Of a DNA stretch of 64,000 bases, positions 35,715-43,835 are shown piece after piece. Made by a program: the position numbers and the translations under genes. The notes under the pieces are model-generated. The model worked only from the letters and a program-made list of their open reading frames with translations, was not told where the DNA came from and did no database searches. How positions within the stretch are numbered: the stretch's first letter is position 1; every line of letters begins with the position of its first letter. Source of the stretch: Burkholderiales bacterium (GTDB lineage: Bacteria; Pseudomonadota; Gammaproteobacteria; Burkholderiales; JACQAP01); the NCBI GenBank assembly GCA_035548375.1, contig DASZTG010000021.1:66965-130964 (forward strand), in the 5' to 3' direction.

Positions 35715-37262
35715 ATGAATCCGTTCACGCGCCGACGCTTCCTGCAGGCATCGGGAGCAGCCGCCCTGACCGCGCCGCTCGCCAGTTCCCTGATCCTCAC
35801 GAACGAGGCCCATGCGCAGTCCGGCAAGGTCCTCACGATTGCCTACAACGTCGCGCTGCCGTCATGGGATCCGACCACCGGGCCGTCGGCGGTGAATCCG
35901 ACCATCCAGTCGCTCTACAAGGCGGTGTTCGATTCCTACATCGACCAGAATCCCGACCTGTCCTTCAAGCCGGGCCTGCTGACGAAGTGGGGCTGGAACA
36001 AGGACAAGACCAAGGTCGAGATGGAAGTGCGCAAGGATGCGTTCTGGCACGACGGCACGCCCGTCACGCCCGAGGACGTGGTGTGGTCGCTGGAGCGCGC
36101 GGGCGACCCCAAGAGCGGCAACCCGATCCAGTTCGTCTGGGGCAAGATCGGCAACTTCAAGATCGACGGCCACAAGGTCACGGCCGACGTGAAGGAATTC
36201 GAGCCGGCGCTGTTCAAGTGGATGGCTTTCCTCACGGGCTACGTGCTGCCGAAGAAAGCCTACACCGCGGCGGGAGCAGAAGGATGGGAAGCGAAGCCCG
36301 TCGGCAGCGGCCCGTACATGGTCGAGAAGTTCGAGCGCAACGCCTACATCCGCCTCAAGGCGTTCCCGAAATACTGGGGACCCAAGCCTGCCTTCGACAC
36401 GGTCGTGTTCAAGCTCGTTGGCGACGCGTCCGCGCGCGTGGCGGAAATCGAAAGCGGCTCGGCCGACCTGACGCTGGAAGTGCCCTACGAGGAATTCGAC
36501 CGGTTGAAAGCGAAGAGCGGCCTGGCCGGCGTAGCGCACCCGGTGTCCGACATCGGCATGATCTTCATCACCAACATCGAGCCCATGCTCGATGCCAACG
36601 TTCGCCAGGCCATGGTGCAATCCATCGACAAGAAGGCGATCGTCGACAAGCTGTTGCATGGCTACGGCACCGTCATCGATACGCTGGAAGCCCCGCAGTA
36701 CGCAGCCTTCGATGCGTCGATCAAGACCAAGTACGACCCGGAAGCCGCGAAGCAACTGCTCGCCAAGTCTGGATTTTCCACGTCGAAGCCGGTGAAGTTC
36801 ACGATCCAGACCACGCGCGGCTTCAAGCCCAAGGACTACGAAATGATCCAGGCCGTGGTCGGCATGTGGCGCAAGGTCGGCATCGAGGCGAACGTCGAGA
36901 CTTATGAAATTGCCAAGCACTTCGAGCTGCGCATGCGCCACGGCCTCGCTCCCGCAGCGTTCTACAACTGGGGCAATTCCATCGGCGATCCGTCGACCTC
37001 CACGGGGTTCGCCATGTTCAGCCACTCGCCGCACTCGGCGTGGAAGACCGACGACGTCGACGCGAAGATCGGCCCGCTGTGGGGCGAGAAGGACGAGGCA
37101 AAGCGCATCGCCGGCTGGAAGGCCGCCGATCGCTACATCGCGGACAACGCCTACGTAATCCCGCTGCTGCAGTATTCGCAGCCCGTCGTGTACAAAAGCA
37201 GCATCAAGTTCACGCCCCACGTCGCCGGGTTCATCCTGCCGCAGAACATCAGGCCTGCTTAG
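35715..37262 (+). CDS. ABC transporter substrate-binding protein, family 5 (peptide/nickel/opine type), paralog 1
   Basis: 515 aa. Tat-type signal RRRFLQASGAAALTAPLA. The body is family-5 SBP-like (GSGPYMVEKFERNAYIRLKAFPKYWG). Confidence 0.9.
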   Translation: MNPFTRRRFLQASGAAALTAPLASSLILTNEAHAQSGKVLTIAYNVALPSWDPTTGPSAVNPTIQSLYKAVFDSYIDQNPDLSFKPGLLTKWGWNKDKTKVEMEVRKDAFWHDGTPVTPEDVVWSLERAGDPKSGNPIQFVWGKIGNFKIDGHKVTADVKEFEPALFKWMAFLTGYVLPKKAYTAAGAEGWEAKPVGSGPYMVEKFERNAYIRLKAFPKYWGPKPAFDTVVFKLVGDASARVAEIESGSADLTLEVPYEEFDRLKAKSGLAGVAHPVSDIGMIFITNIEPMLDANVRQAMVQSIDKKAIVDKLLHGYGTVIDTLEAPQYAAFDASIKTKYDPEAAKQLLAKSGFSTSKPVKFTIQTTRGFKPKDYEMIQAVVGMWRKVGIEANVETYEIAKHFELRMRHGLAPAAFYNWGNSIGDPSTSTGFAMFSHSPHSAWKTDDVDAKIGPLWGEKDEAKRIAGWKAADRYIADNAYVIPLLQYSQPVVYKSSIKFTPHVAGFILPQNIRPA

Positions 37263-37267
37263 GGATT

Positions 37268-37514
37268 ACATCCAACGCAAAGGCGCAAAGAACGCAAAGA
37301 ACGCAAAGAACGCAAAGGACGCAAAGGATTCACTTCAATACTCCCTTGCGGGGTACGCAAAGAAGGCCAGGACGGTATTTGCATTCGGCCGATGGCGCGA
37401 GGGCTTGATGTGCCAGCGTGCTCGACGATGATCGCCCATGTCAGATTCCTGAAGGATATTTCGGTTTCGGGTTTCCTTTGCGATCTTTGCGTTCTTTGCG
37501 CCTTTGCGTTGGGT
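37268..37514. repeat. Composite inverted-repeat intergenic element, copy G (CAAAG type, with 28-nt module)
   Basis: CCAACGCAAAGGCGC (37271-37285) opposes GCGCCTTTGCGTTGG (37497-37511). Five tandem 9-mers CGCAAAGRA span 37283-37327. The module ATTCACTTCAATACTCCCTTGCGGGGTA lies at 37327-37354. Confidence 0.85.
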
Positions 37515-37534
37515 TGAAATGAGGAGGATCTAGA

Positions 37535-39067
37535 TTGTCGGACGAATTCTCGAGAAGGCGCTTTCTGCAAGCATCCGGCGCGACGGCGCTGTCAGCGTTG
37601 CTGTACGGGCCATATGCGCGCGCGCAATCCGGCAAGACGCTGACCATCGCGTACAACACGTCGCTGCCTTCGCTCGATCCGACCAGCAGCGCGAAGACAT
37701 CGAGCCCCGCGGTGCAGTCGATCTTCAAGGCGATTTTCGATCCCTACGTCGACCAGAATCCGGATCTTGGTTTCAAGCCCGGCGCGCTGACCAAATGGGG
37801 CTGGAACAAGGACAAGAGCGCGATCGAGCTGACGTTGCGCCGCGGCATGCTCTGGCATGACGGCACGCCGGTCACCATCGACGACCTGGTGTGGTCGCTG
37901 CAACGCGCGGGCGACGAGAAGAACGGCAACCCGATGCAGTTCATGTGGCGCAAGCTCGGCGGCTTCAAGGTGAGCGGCGACACCGTCAGCGTCGAGGTGA
38001 AGGAATTCGAGCCGGCATTGCTCAAGTGGCTGGGTTTCCTCACGGCCTACATCCTTCCTAAGAACGCATTCACCGCTGCCGGCGGGGCCGCGGGCTGGGA
38101 CGCGAAGCCAATCGGCAGCGGCCCCTACATGGTCGAGAAGTTCGAGCGCGATGCCTATATCCGGCTCAAGGCATTCCCGAAATACTGGGGGCCGAAGCCG
38201 GCGTTCGAGACAGTCGTCTTCAAGTTCGTGCCGGATGCCGCGAGTCGCGTTGCCGAAATCGAGAGCGGCGCGGCCGACATGACGCTCGAAGTGCCGTACG
38301 AGGAATACGACCGGCTCATTGCGAAGCCGGGGCTCGCTGGCGCGGCATATCCGATGTCCGACATCGCCATCCTGTTCATCACCGATCGCGAGCCCATGCT
38401 GGATGCGAACGTGAGGCTTGCCGCGGCGCACGCCATCGACAAGAAGGCCATCGTCGACAAGCTCATGCGCGGCTACGGTCGTCCGCTCGACACGCTGCAG
38501 GCGCCGGACTACGCCGCCTACGATACATCGATCAAGGTGAAATACGATCCCGAGCTGGCGAAAACCCTGCTCGCGAAATCCGGTTATTCGCCGTCGAGGC
38601 CGGTCAAGTTCACCGTGCAGACCACGCGCGGCTACAAGCCCAAGGACTACGAATCCGTGGCGGCCATCGTGGCGATGTGGAAGAAAGTCGGCATCGAGGC
38701 AGACATCGAGGTGCTCGACGTCGCCAAGCACTTCGACCTGCAGTTGCGCCACGCGCTGGCGCCCGCGTCGTTCTACAACTGGGGCAATTCGATCGGCGAT
38801 CCATCGACCTCGACGGGCTTCGCGTTCATCGGCCCGTTCGCGGTATGGCGCTCGCCGGACGTCGAGAAGATGGTCGGACCGCTGTTCGTGGAGCGCGACG
38901 AGGCAAAACGCATCGGCGGCTACAAGGACGTCGATCGTTATCTCGCCGAACAGGGCTATGTGATCCCGTTGTTCCAGTACTACCAGCCGGTCGTGCACAA
39001 GAAGAGCATTACCTTCACGCCGCACGGCGCCGGCACCATCGCTCCTCAGTCGATAAGGCCGGTCTAA
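37535..39067 (+). CDS. ABC transporter substrate-binding protein, family 5, paralog 2
   Basis: 510 aa. TTG start after GAGGAGG. Tat-type signal RRRFLQASGATALSAL. It is collinear with paralog 1 and roughly two-thirds identical by eye. Confidence 0.9.
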   Translation: MSDEFSRRRFLQASGATALSALLYGPYARAQSGKTLTIAYNTSLPSLDPTSSAKTSSPAVQSIFKAIFDPYVDQNPDLGFKPGALTKWGWNKDKSAIELTLRRGMLWHDGTPVTIDDLVWSLQRAGDEKNGNPMQFMWRKLGGFKVSGDTVSVEVKEFEPALLKWLGFLTAYILPKNAFTAAGGAAGWDAKPIGSGPYMVEKFERDAYIRLKAFPKYWGPKPAFETVVFKFVPDAASRVAEIESGAADMTLEVPYEEYDRLIAKPGLAGAAYPMSDIAILFITDREPMLDANVRLAAAHAIDKKAIVDKLMRGYGRPLDTLQAPDYAAYDTSIKVKYDPELAKTLLAKSGYSPSRPVKFTVQTTRGYKPKDYESVAAIVAMWKKVGIEADIEVLDVAKHFDLQLRHALAPASFYNWGNSIGDPSTSTGFAFIGPFAVWRSPDVEKMVGPLFVERDEAKRIGGYKDVDRYLAEQGYVIPLFQYYQPVVHKKSITFTPHGAGTIAPQSIRPV

Positions 39068-39072
39068 GGACT

Positions 39073-39254
39073 ACACCCAACGCAAAGACGCAAAGGACGC
39101 AAAGGAAAGCAAGAACAAGAAAAAAGATCGGGGAAGATAACTGCTGGCCAGGCGATGGTCGCTGAGGGTTTCGCCTGAAGTCGCCAAAGATTGAATTTCC
39201 TCGTTCCCGCTTTCTTTGCGACCTTTGCGTTCTTTGCGTCTTTGCGTTGGGTGG
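39073..39254. repeat. Composite inverted-repeat intergenic element, copy H (CAAAG type)
   Basis: CACCCAACGCAAAGACGCAAAG (39074-39095) has a perfect complement at the right end, ..CTTTGCGTCTTTGCGTTGGGTG (39232-39253). Confidence 0.8.
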
Positions 39255-39262
39255 AGACAGCT

Positions 39263-40837
39263 CTAGAAATTCGCATAGGTCCTGACCAGGAATTGCACCG
39301 ACTGGATGCTGGGATCGCGGTTCAGCGGAAACGCCACGTCGGCATGCACGACATTGCCGAAGGACGAGCGGTCGCTGAGGATGCGCAGCCCGAAGCCGAC
39401 GTCGCTCAGCCAGCCTGGATTCACCTGATTCTCATACGGGCCGCCCCAGGCCCGGCCGACGTCATAGAACACCGCGCCGCCGATGCGGAACAGCCGCAGC
39501 GGATACCAGTCCGTGTACACGCGTTCCTCCATCGTGAAGATCGCGCGGTGCTCCCCGCTCTGGTAGCGCAGCGGATAGCCGCGCAAGCCGTTGTCGCCGC
39601 CCAGCAGCAGCAGGTCTGTCGATTCCGGGTTCTTCAACGTATCGCCTGAAATCGCCGCGTAGAACAGCGAGCGCCGGCTTTGCGGCACGTAGTAGTGAAG
39701 GGAACCGCTCAATAGCTGGCGTTCCGCGCGTCCATCGCCGTATTGGCCGGACAGCGAGATTGCGCCCAGCAAGTCGTTGCCGCGCGGCACCTGCAAGCCG
39801 TCGCTGGCCGTCGCGGAATACAGCCAAAGCTCGCGGGTGGACCCGAGGCCGCTGAGCGAACGCCCGACCTGGACTTTCGAGCTGAACCCCATCGCAAAGA
39901 ATTCAGGTCGCTGGATCTTGTCGCGGTTCGTGACCTTTTCGTAGTTGTCCTGGACGATTTCATAGCGCAGGAAGGGCGAGACGAGGGTCTGGTCGGCGGG
40001 CACTTCCGCCGGCGGTATGAGCGCAGGGTCGGTGGCATAGGCGTCCTTCTGGTAGCTCAACCCGACCGAATAGCGATGCGTCCAGTCGTCGATGAGGCCA
40101 TTGGACAGGCCGCCATAGATTTCCGCCGCGTCCTGCTGGTGGCGAAACTGGCCGACTATCGAGGCGTCCTGGTAGATCGAATCGACACGCTCGTCATGCA
40201 ACCCCGAGACGCCGGCTGCCCAGCGCGTGTCGAGCGAGTAAAAGGGCCGCGCGAAGTTGAAGGCCTGGCGCTTGCCGTCGCTGTTGTCGGCTGCCGAGAG
40301 CTCGATGTCCGTCCATCCGCCGAACGCGTGGTGCTGCGCGATGGAGAATTCCGTGCTGTCGCGGTCGACGTCCGAACTCTGCTTGAAGCCGATCGAGATG
40401 CCGGTGCCGAGCAGGTTGTTCTCGTCGAGCGACAGCCCGGTCGAATTCGAGCCGCCCGAGCGGCTGAAATGGAAGCCGGGCTGGATGGTCCAGGTGTCCC
40501 GCGTTCTCACCTCGATGTCGACGACGCCGTCGTGCCAGGCGACCGGCTTGATCTCGACCGCGTAAAGGTAGCTGTTGGCGAGCAGCAGGCGCTCGGTTTC
40601 GTCGATCTTCTGCACGGACACCACGTCGCCGGGCTTGAACAGCAGGGTGCGGCGAATCACGCTCGGCCGCGTGCGAATGTGCAGGGTGTTGGCGAGGCGG
40701 AACAGGAAGTTGTTTTCCTTCGGATCGTCCAGGTCGAAGATGTCGTCGTTGACGATGCGAACCTCGCCGATGACCGCACCCGCCGCCTGCAGCTCCGCGA
40801 AGCCGGGGATGGGGTCCTCCGCCGCGTCGTCGGCCAT
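39263..40837 (-). CDS. Omp85/BamA-TamA-family outer membrane protein (single POTRA-like region plus beta-barrel)
   Basis: 524 aa counted from the first canonical ATG. The POTRA-like segment is IGEVRIVNDDIFD..LLFKPGDVVSVQKIDETERLL. The barrel start is LSLDENNLLGTGISIGF. The C-terminus VRTYANF ends in Phe. The signal peptide is encoded upstream of this ATG (see findings). Confidence 0.8.
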   Translation of the reverse strand: MADDAAEDPIPGFAELQAAGAVIGEVRIVNDDIFDLDDPKENNFLFRLANTLHIRTRPSVIRRTLLFKPGDVVSVQKIDETERLLLANSYLYAVEIKPVAWHDGVVDIEVRTRDTWTIQPGFHFSRSGGSNSTGLSLDENNLLGTGISIGFKQSSDVDRDSTEFSIAQHHAFGGWTDIELSAADNSDGKRQAFNFARPFYSLDTRWAAGVSGLHDERVDSIYQDASIVGQFRHQQDAAEIYGGLSNGLIDDWTHRYSVGLSYQKDAYATDPALIPPAEVPADQTLVSPFLRYEIVQDNYEKVTNRDKIQRPEFFAMGFSSKVQVGRSLSGLGSTRELWLYSATASDGLQVPRGNDLLGAISLSGQYGDGRAERQLLSGSLHYYVPQSRRSLFYAAISGDTLKNPESTDLLLLGGDNGLRGYPLRYQSGEHRAIFTMEERVYTDWYPLRLFRIGGAVFYDVGRAWGGPYENQVNPGWLSDVGFGLRILSDRSSFGNVVHADVAFPLNRDPSIQSVQFLVRTYANF

Positions 40838-41043
40838 GGCGGGCAGGCAGAAACAGGATGCCGCGGCGCAGTGGCCAAGCAGGCGCAGGGCCTTTTTCAG
40901 CGGGCGACGAGATGCGATGGCGATCCTCCCGGGTCCGGCTGCGACAAGCTTTCTAGCCGCCGCTCTATCGCGAATGCATGCATGGCGCGAGTCTGCCGGA
41001 ACATGCCGGAGCGGGGAAGCACTAGAATGCGGTCAAGGGAAAG

Positions 41044-41060
41044 GCCGTGATCGTCACGGC
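41044..41060. promoter_or_regulatory. Palindrome GCCGTGATCGTCACGGC upstream of the permease genes, sharing half-sites with the 35513-35569 palindromes
   Basis: An inverted repeat GCCGTG / CACGGC with a 5-nt spacer lies 63 nt upstream of the permease ATG (41123). Confidence 0.35.
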
Positions 41061-41122
41061 TTGATCGTTGTGGCTGGGGCGGTCGCGCAGTCACGAATTA
41101 CGCCAGTCAGATAGTCACATCG

Positions 41123-42130
41123 ATGTCTTCCGCATATTTTCTCAAACGGCTCCTGTGGGCGCTGCCGACCTTGTTCGGCGTGGCGGTGATCGTTTTCGTG
41201 CTCGTGCGCGTGGTACCCGGCGACCCGATCGCGATGATGCTGCCGCCGGGTGCGACCGCCGAAGACGTCGGCCGCCTGCGCGCGCTCTACGGCCTGGACG
41301 CGCCGATCGCGAAGCAGTTCTTCGCATGGATGGGCGACGTGCTGCGCGGCAATTTCGGCACGTCCATCAGCCTGCGCGAAGGCGTGGCGTCGCTGGTCCT
41401 GAGCCGCTTGCCGGCCACCCTGGAGCTCGTGCTCGTGGCGGTCGGCATCGCCTGCGTGATGGCTTGCATCGGCGCGATCGGCGCGGTGATGTTTCGAGGG
41501 CGCTGGCCCGAGCTGGCGGTCGATGGGTTCACCGGATTGGCGCTCGCCATTCCCGATTTCCTTTGGGGATTGCTATTCGTCCTCGTGCTCGGCGTGCTGC
41601 TGCCGGTACTGCCGATATCCGGGCGCATCGATCCGACCCTGGATTTCAATCCGGCGACCGGCTTCTATCTTGCCGAAGCGGCGTTGCGGTTGCGCGGAGG
41701 CGTCCTGCTTGACCTCGTGAAACACATCCTGCTGCCCGCCTTCGCGCTCGCTTTGCCGTTGGCCGCTGCGCTGACGCGCGTGCTCAAGGGCTCGCTCATC
41801 GAGGCGATGAACCAGGACTACGTGACGCTGGCTCGAGCGAAAGGCTACTCCACCGCGGCGGTGCTCTGGCGCGTGGCCTTGCGCAACGCGCTGATTCCGA
41901 CGGTCACGCTGACCGGCGTGCAATTCTCCTTCCTGATCGGCGGCACGGTGCTCATCGAATACCTGTTCTCCTATCCTGGCATCGGCAACCTCGCGATCGC
42001 GGCGGTCAACCAGCGCGACCTGCCGCTGATCCAGGGATTGATCCTGATGTTCGCGGTGCTGTTCATCCTCGCGAACCTCGTCGTCGACCTCGCGTACTCG
42101 ATGCTCAATCCGAAGGTCAGGCAGTCATGA
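41123..42130 (+). CDS. ABC transporter permease (DppB/OppB-like)
   Basis: 335 aa. The N-terminus YFLKRLLWALPTLFGVAVIVFVLVRVVPGDP is the canonical DppB-type N-terminus. Confidence 0.9.
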   Translation: MSSAYFLKRLLWALPTLFGVAVIVFVLVRVVPGDPIAMMLPPGATAEDVGRLRALYGLDAPIAKQFFAWMGDVLRGNFGTSISLREGVASLVLSRLPATLELVLVAVGIACVMACIGAIGAVMFRGRWPELAVDGFTGLALAIPDFLWGLLFVLVLGVLLPVLPISGRIDPTLDFNPATGFYLAEAALRLRGGVLLDLVKHILLPAFALALPLAAALTRVLKGSLIEAMNQDYVTLARAKGYSTAAVLWRVALRNALIPTVTLTGVQFSFLIGGTVLIEYLFSYPGIGNLAIAAVNQRDLPLIQGLILMFAVLFILANLVVDLAYSMLNPKVRQS

Positions 42131-42960
42131 AAGCGGCGCTGCGCAATCCGCGCGTCATCTTCGGTCTCGTCGTGCTGCTGATGCTCGTCGTCGCAGCGCT
42201 GGCCGCGCCGTGGCTCGCACCGCATGATCCGCTCGAGCAGGACCTGCTCAATTCCTTCCAGCGTCCCGGCATCGCCGGTGGTGACCACGCCTATCCGCTC
42301 GGTACCGACAGCCTCGGCCGCGACATCCTGGCGCGCCTGATCTATGGCGCGCGACCGGCGCTGATCGTGGCCTTCGTGGCGGCGTTGCTTGCCGGGCTGC
42401 TCGGCACCGCGCTGGGGTTGGCCGCGGGCTATTTCGGCGGCAAGACAGACGCCGCGATCTCACGCCTGGTCGATGTCTGGATGAGCTTTCCGTCCGTGCT
42501 GTTGTGCATCGTGCTCGCCGCCGTGCTCGGTGCGGGCTTGCACACGGTGGTCATCGCCATCGTCATCATCGACTGGACGCGCTTCTGCCGCGTCGTGCGC
42601 GCGGAAACGCTGGTGCAAAAGAGCCATGACTACGTCGCCTCCGCCGTCACCATCGGCCTGCGCCCGATGCGCATTCTCATGAGCGAGATCCTGCCCAACG
42701 TCGCGCCGTTGTTGCTGACCTTGTTCACGCTGGAGATGGGCATCGCAATCGTCGTGGAGGCCATCTTGTCCTTCGTCGGGTTGTCCGTGGCCTCGGGCGT
42801 GCCGACTTGGGGCGGCATCATCCAGGAAGGCCGGCTGTACGTGAACCAGGCGTGGTGGCTGATGGGATTGCCCGTCGCCTGCATCATTGTCGCGGTGCTG
42901 GGATTGAACGCGCTCGGCGACGGCTTGCGCGAGGCGCTGGACCCAGTCAAATCCAGATGA
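42127..42960 (+). CDS. ABC transporter permease (DppC/OppC-like)
   Basis: 277 aa with a 4-nt overlap with the upstream permease gene. Contains PLGTDSLGRDILARLIYGAR, the typical DppC motif. Confidence 0.9.
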   Translation: MKAALRNPRVIFGLVVLLMLVVAALAAPWLAPHDPLEQDLLNSFQRPGIAGGDHAYPLGTDSLGRDILARLIYGARPALIVAFVAALLAGLLGTALGLAAGYFGGKTDAAISRLVDVWMSFPSVLLCIVLAAVLGAGLHTVVIAIVIIDWTRFCRVVRAETLVQKSHDYVASAVTIGLRPMRILMSEILPNVAPLLLTLFTLEMGIAIVVEAILSFVGLSVASGVPTWGGIIQEGRLYVNQAWWLMGLPVACIIVAVLGLNALGDGLREALDPVKSR

Positions 42961-43835
42961 GCGCGCTGCTCGACATTCGCGCGCTCGACCTGCGCCTCGC
43001 CGGACAATCCGCGCGGTTGTTGCGTCAGTTTTCCCTGGCGATCGAACCCGGACGCATCGTCGGTCTGGTCGGCGAATCCGGCGCGGGCAAGAGCATGGTT
43101 GGCCGCGTCGTGCTTGGCATTGCGCCGGCAAATGCGCGCATCACGGGCGGCAGCGTCATGTTCGACGGCCGCCACATCACGCACCTGACCGCGAAAGAGC
43201 GCCGGCATTTGCTCGGCCGTGAAATCGCCTTCATCCCCCAGAATCCGATGACCGCGCTGAATCCGGTGGAGCGCATCGAGCCGCAAATCACCGATGTGCT
43301 GCGCATGCACCTCGGCTTGGAGCGGTCCGCGGCGCGCGAGCGCGCGGCCACGCTGCTGCGCGACGTGCATTTACGCGACGCAGAGCGCGTGCTGAGGCAA
43401 TACCCGCATGAATTGTCGGGCGGCATGCGCCAGCGCGTGCTGATCGCCATCGCGTTTGCATGCCGGCCGAAACTGATCATCGCTGACGAACCGACGACCG
43501 CGCTCGACGTGACGGTGCAAAAGCAGATCCTGCGCCTCATTCGCGAAATGCAAAGCCAGTCCGGCACCGCGATCCTGTTCATCTCGCACGATTTCGGTGT
43601 CGTCGCCAAGCTGTGCGACAGCATCGCCGTCATGCATGGAGGGCGCATCCTGGAAACGGCGGCTGCCGCGCGGATTTTTTCGCGGCCGTCGCATGACTAC
43701 ACGCGGGCGTTGCTTGCGGCGACGCCGCGCTTCGACCGGCCGGGCGAAACCCTGCGGCCGGTGCCGGCGGCGCTCGCGCAACGCCTTGCCGACGAGGCGC
43801 GCGAGCTGGACGCGAACATGTTGGCGCAGCCGTGA
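42957..43835 (+). CDS. ABC transporter ATP-binding protein (DppD-like)
   Basis: ATGA overlap with the permease stop. Walker A is GESGAGKSM, the signature is LSGGMRQRV, and Walker B is LIIADEPTTALD. Confidence 0.9.
   Translation: MSALLDIRALDLRLAGQSARLLRQFSLAIEPGRIVGLVGESGAGKSMVGRVVLGIAPANARITGGSVMFDGRHITHLTAKERRHLLGREIAFIPQNPMTALNPVERIEPQITDVLRMHLGLERSAARERAATLLRDVHLRDAERVLRQYPHELSGGMRQRVLIAIAFACRPKLIIADEPTTALDVTVQKQILRLIREMQSQSGTAILFISHDFGVVAKLCDSIAVMHGGRILETAAAARIFSRPSHDYTRALLAATPRFDRPGETLRPVPAALAQRLADEARELDANMLAQP

Noticed and set aside
37273-37327. The tandem 9-nt repeats might indicate a CRISPR array or a VNTR.
   Set aside because: The units are only 8-10 nt and directly abutting, with no spacers. 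Each array is mirrored by an inverted array about 100-150 nt away. This is a hairpin-arm structure, not a CRISPR array, and no cas genes are present.
37259-37570. Small ORFs spanning the repeat elements. Examples: 1624-2313, 21846-22130, 37040-37408, 37259-37570, 39064-39276, 33978-34160.
   Set aside because: Their sequences (QRTQRTQRTQR, LRSLRSLRSLRLCVG and similar) are simply translations of the tandem 9-nt units, which are in phase with codons. They show no start context or conservation between copies.
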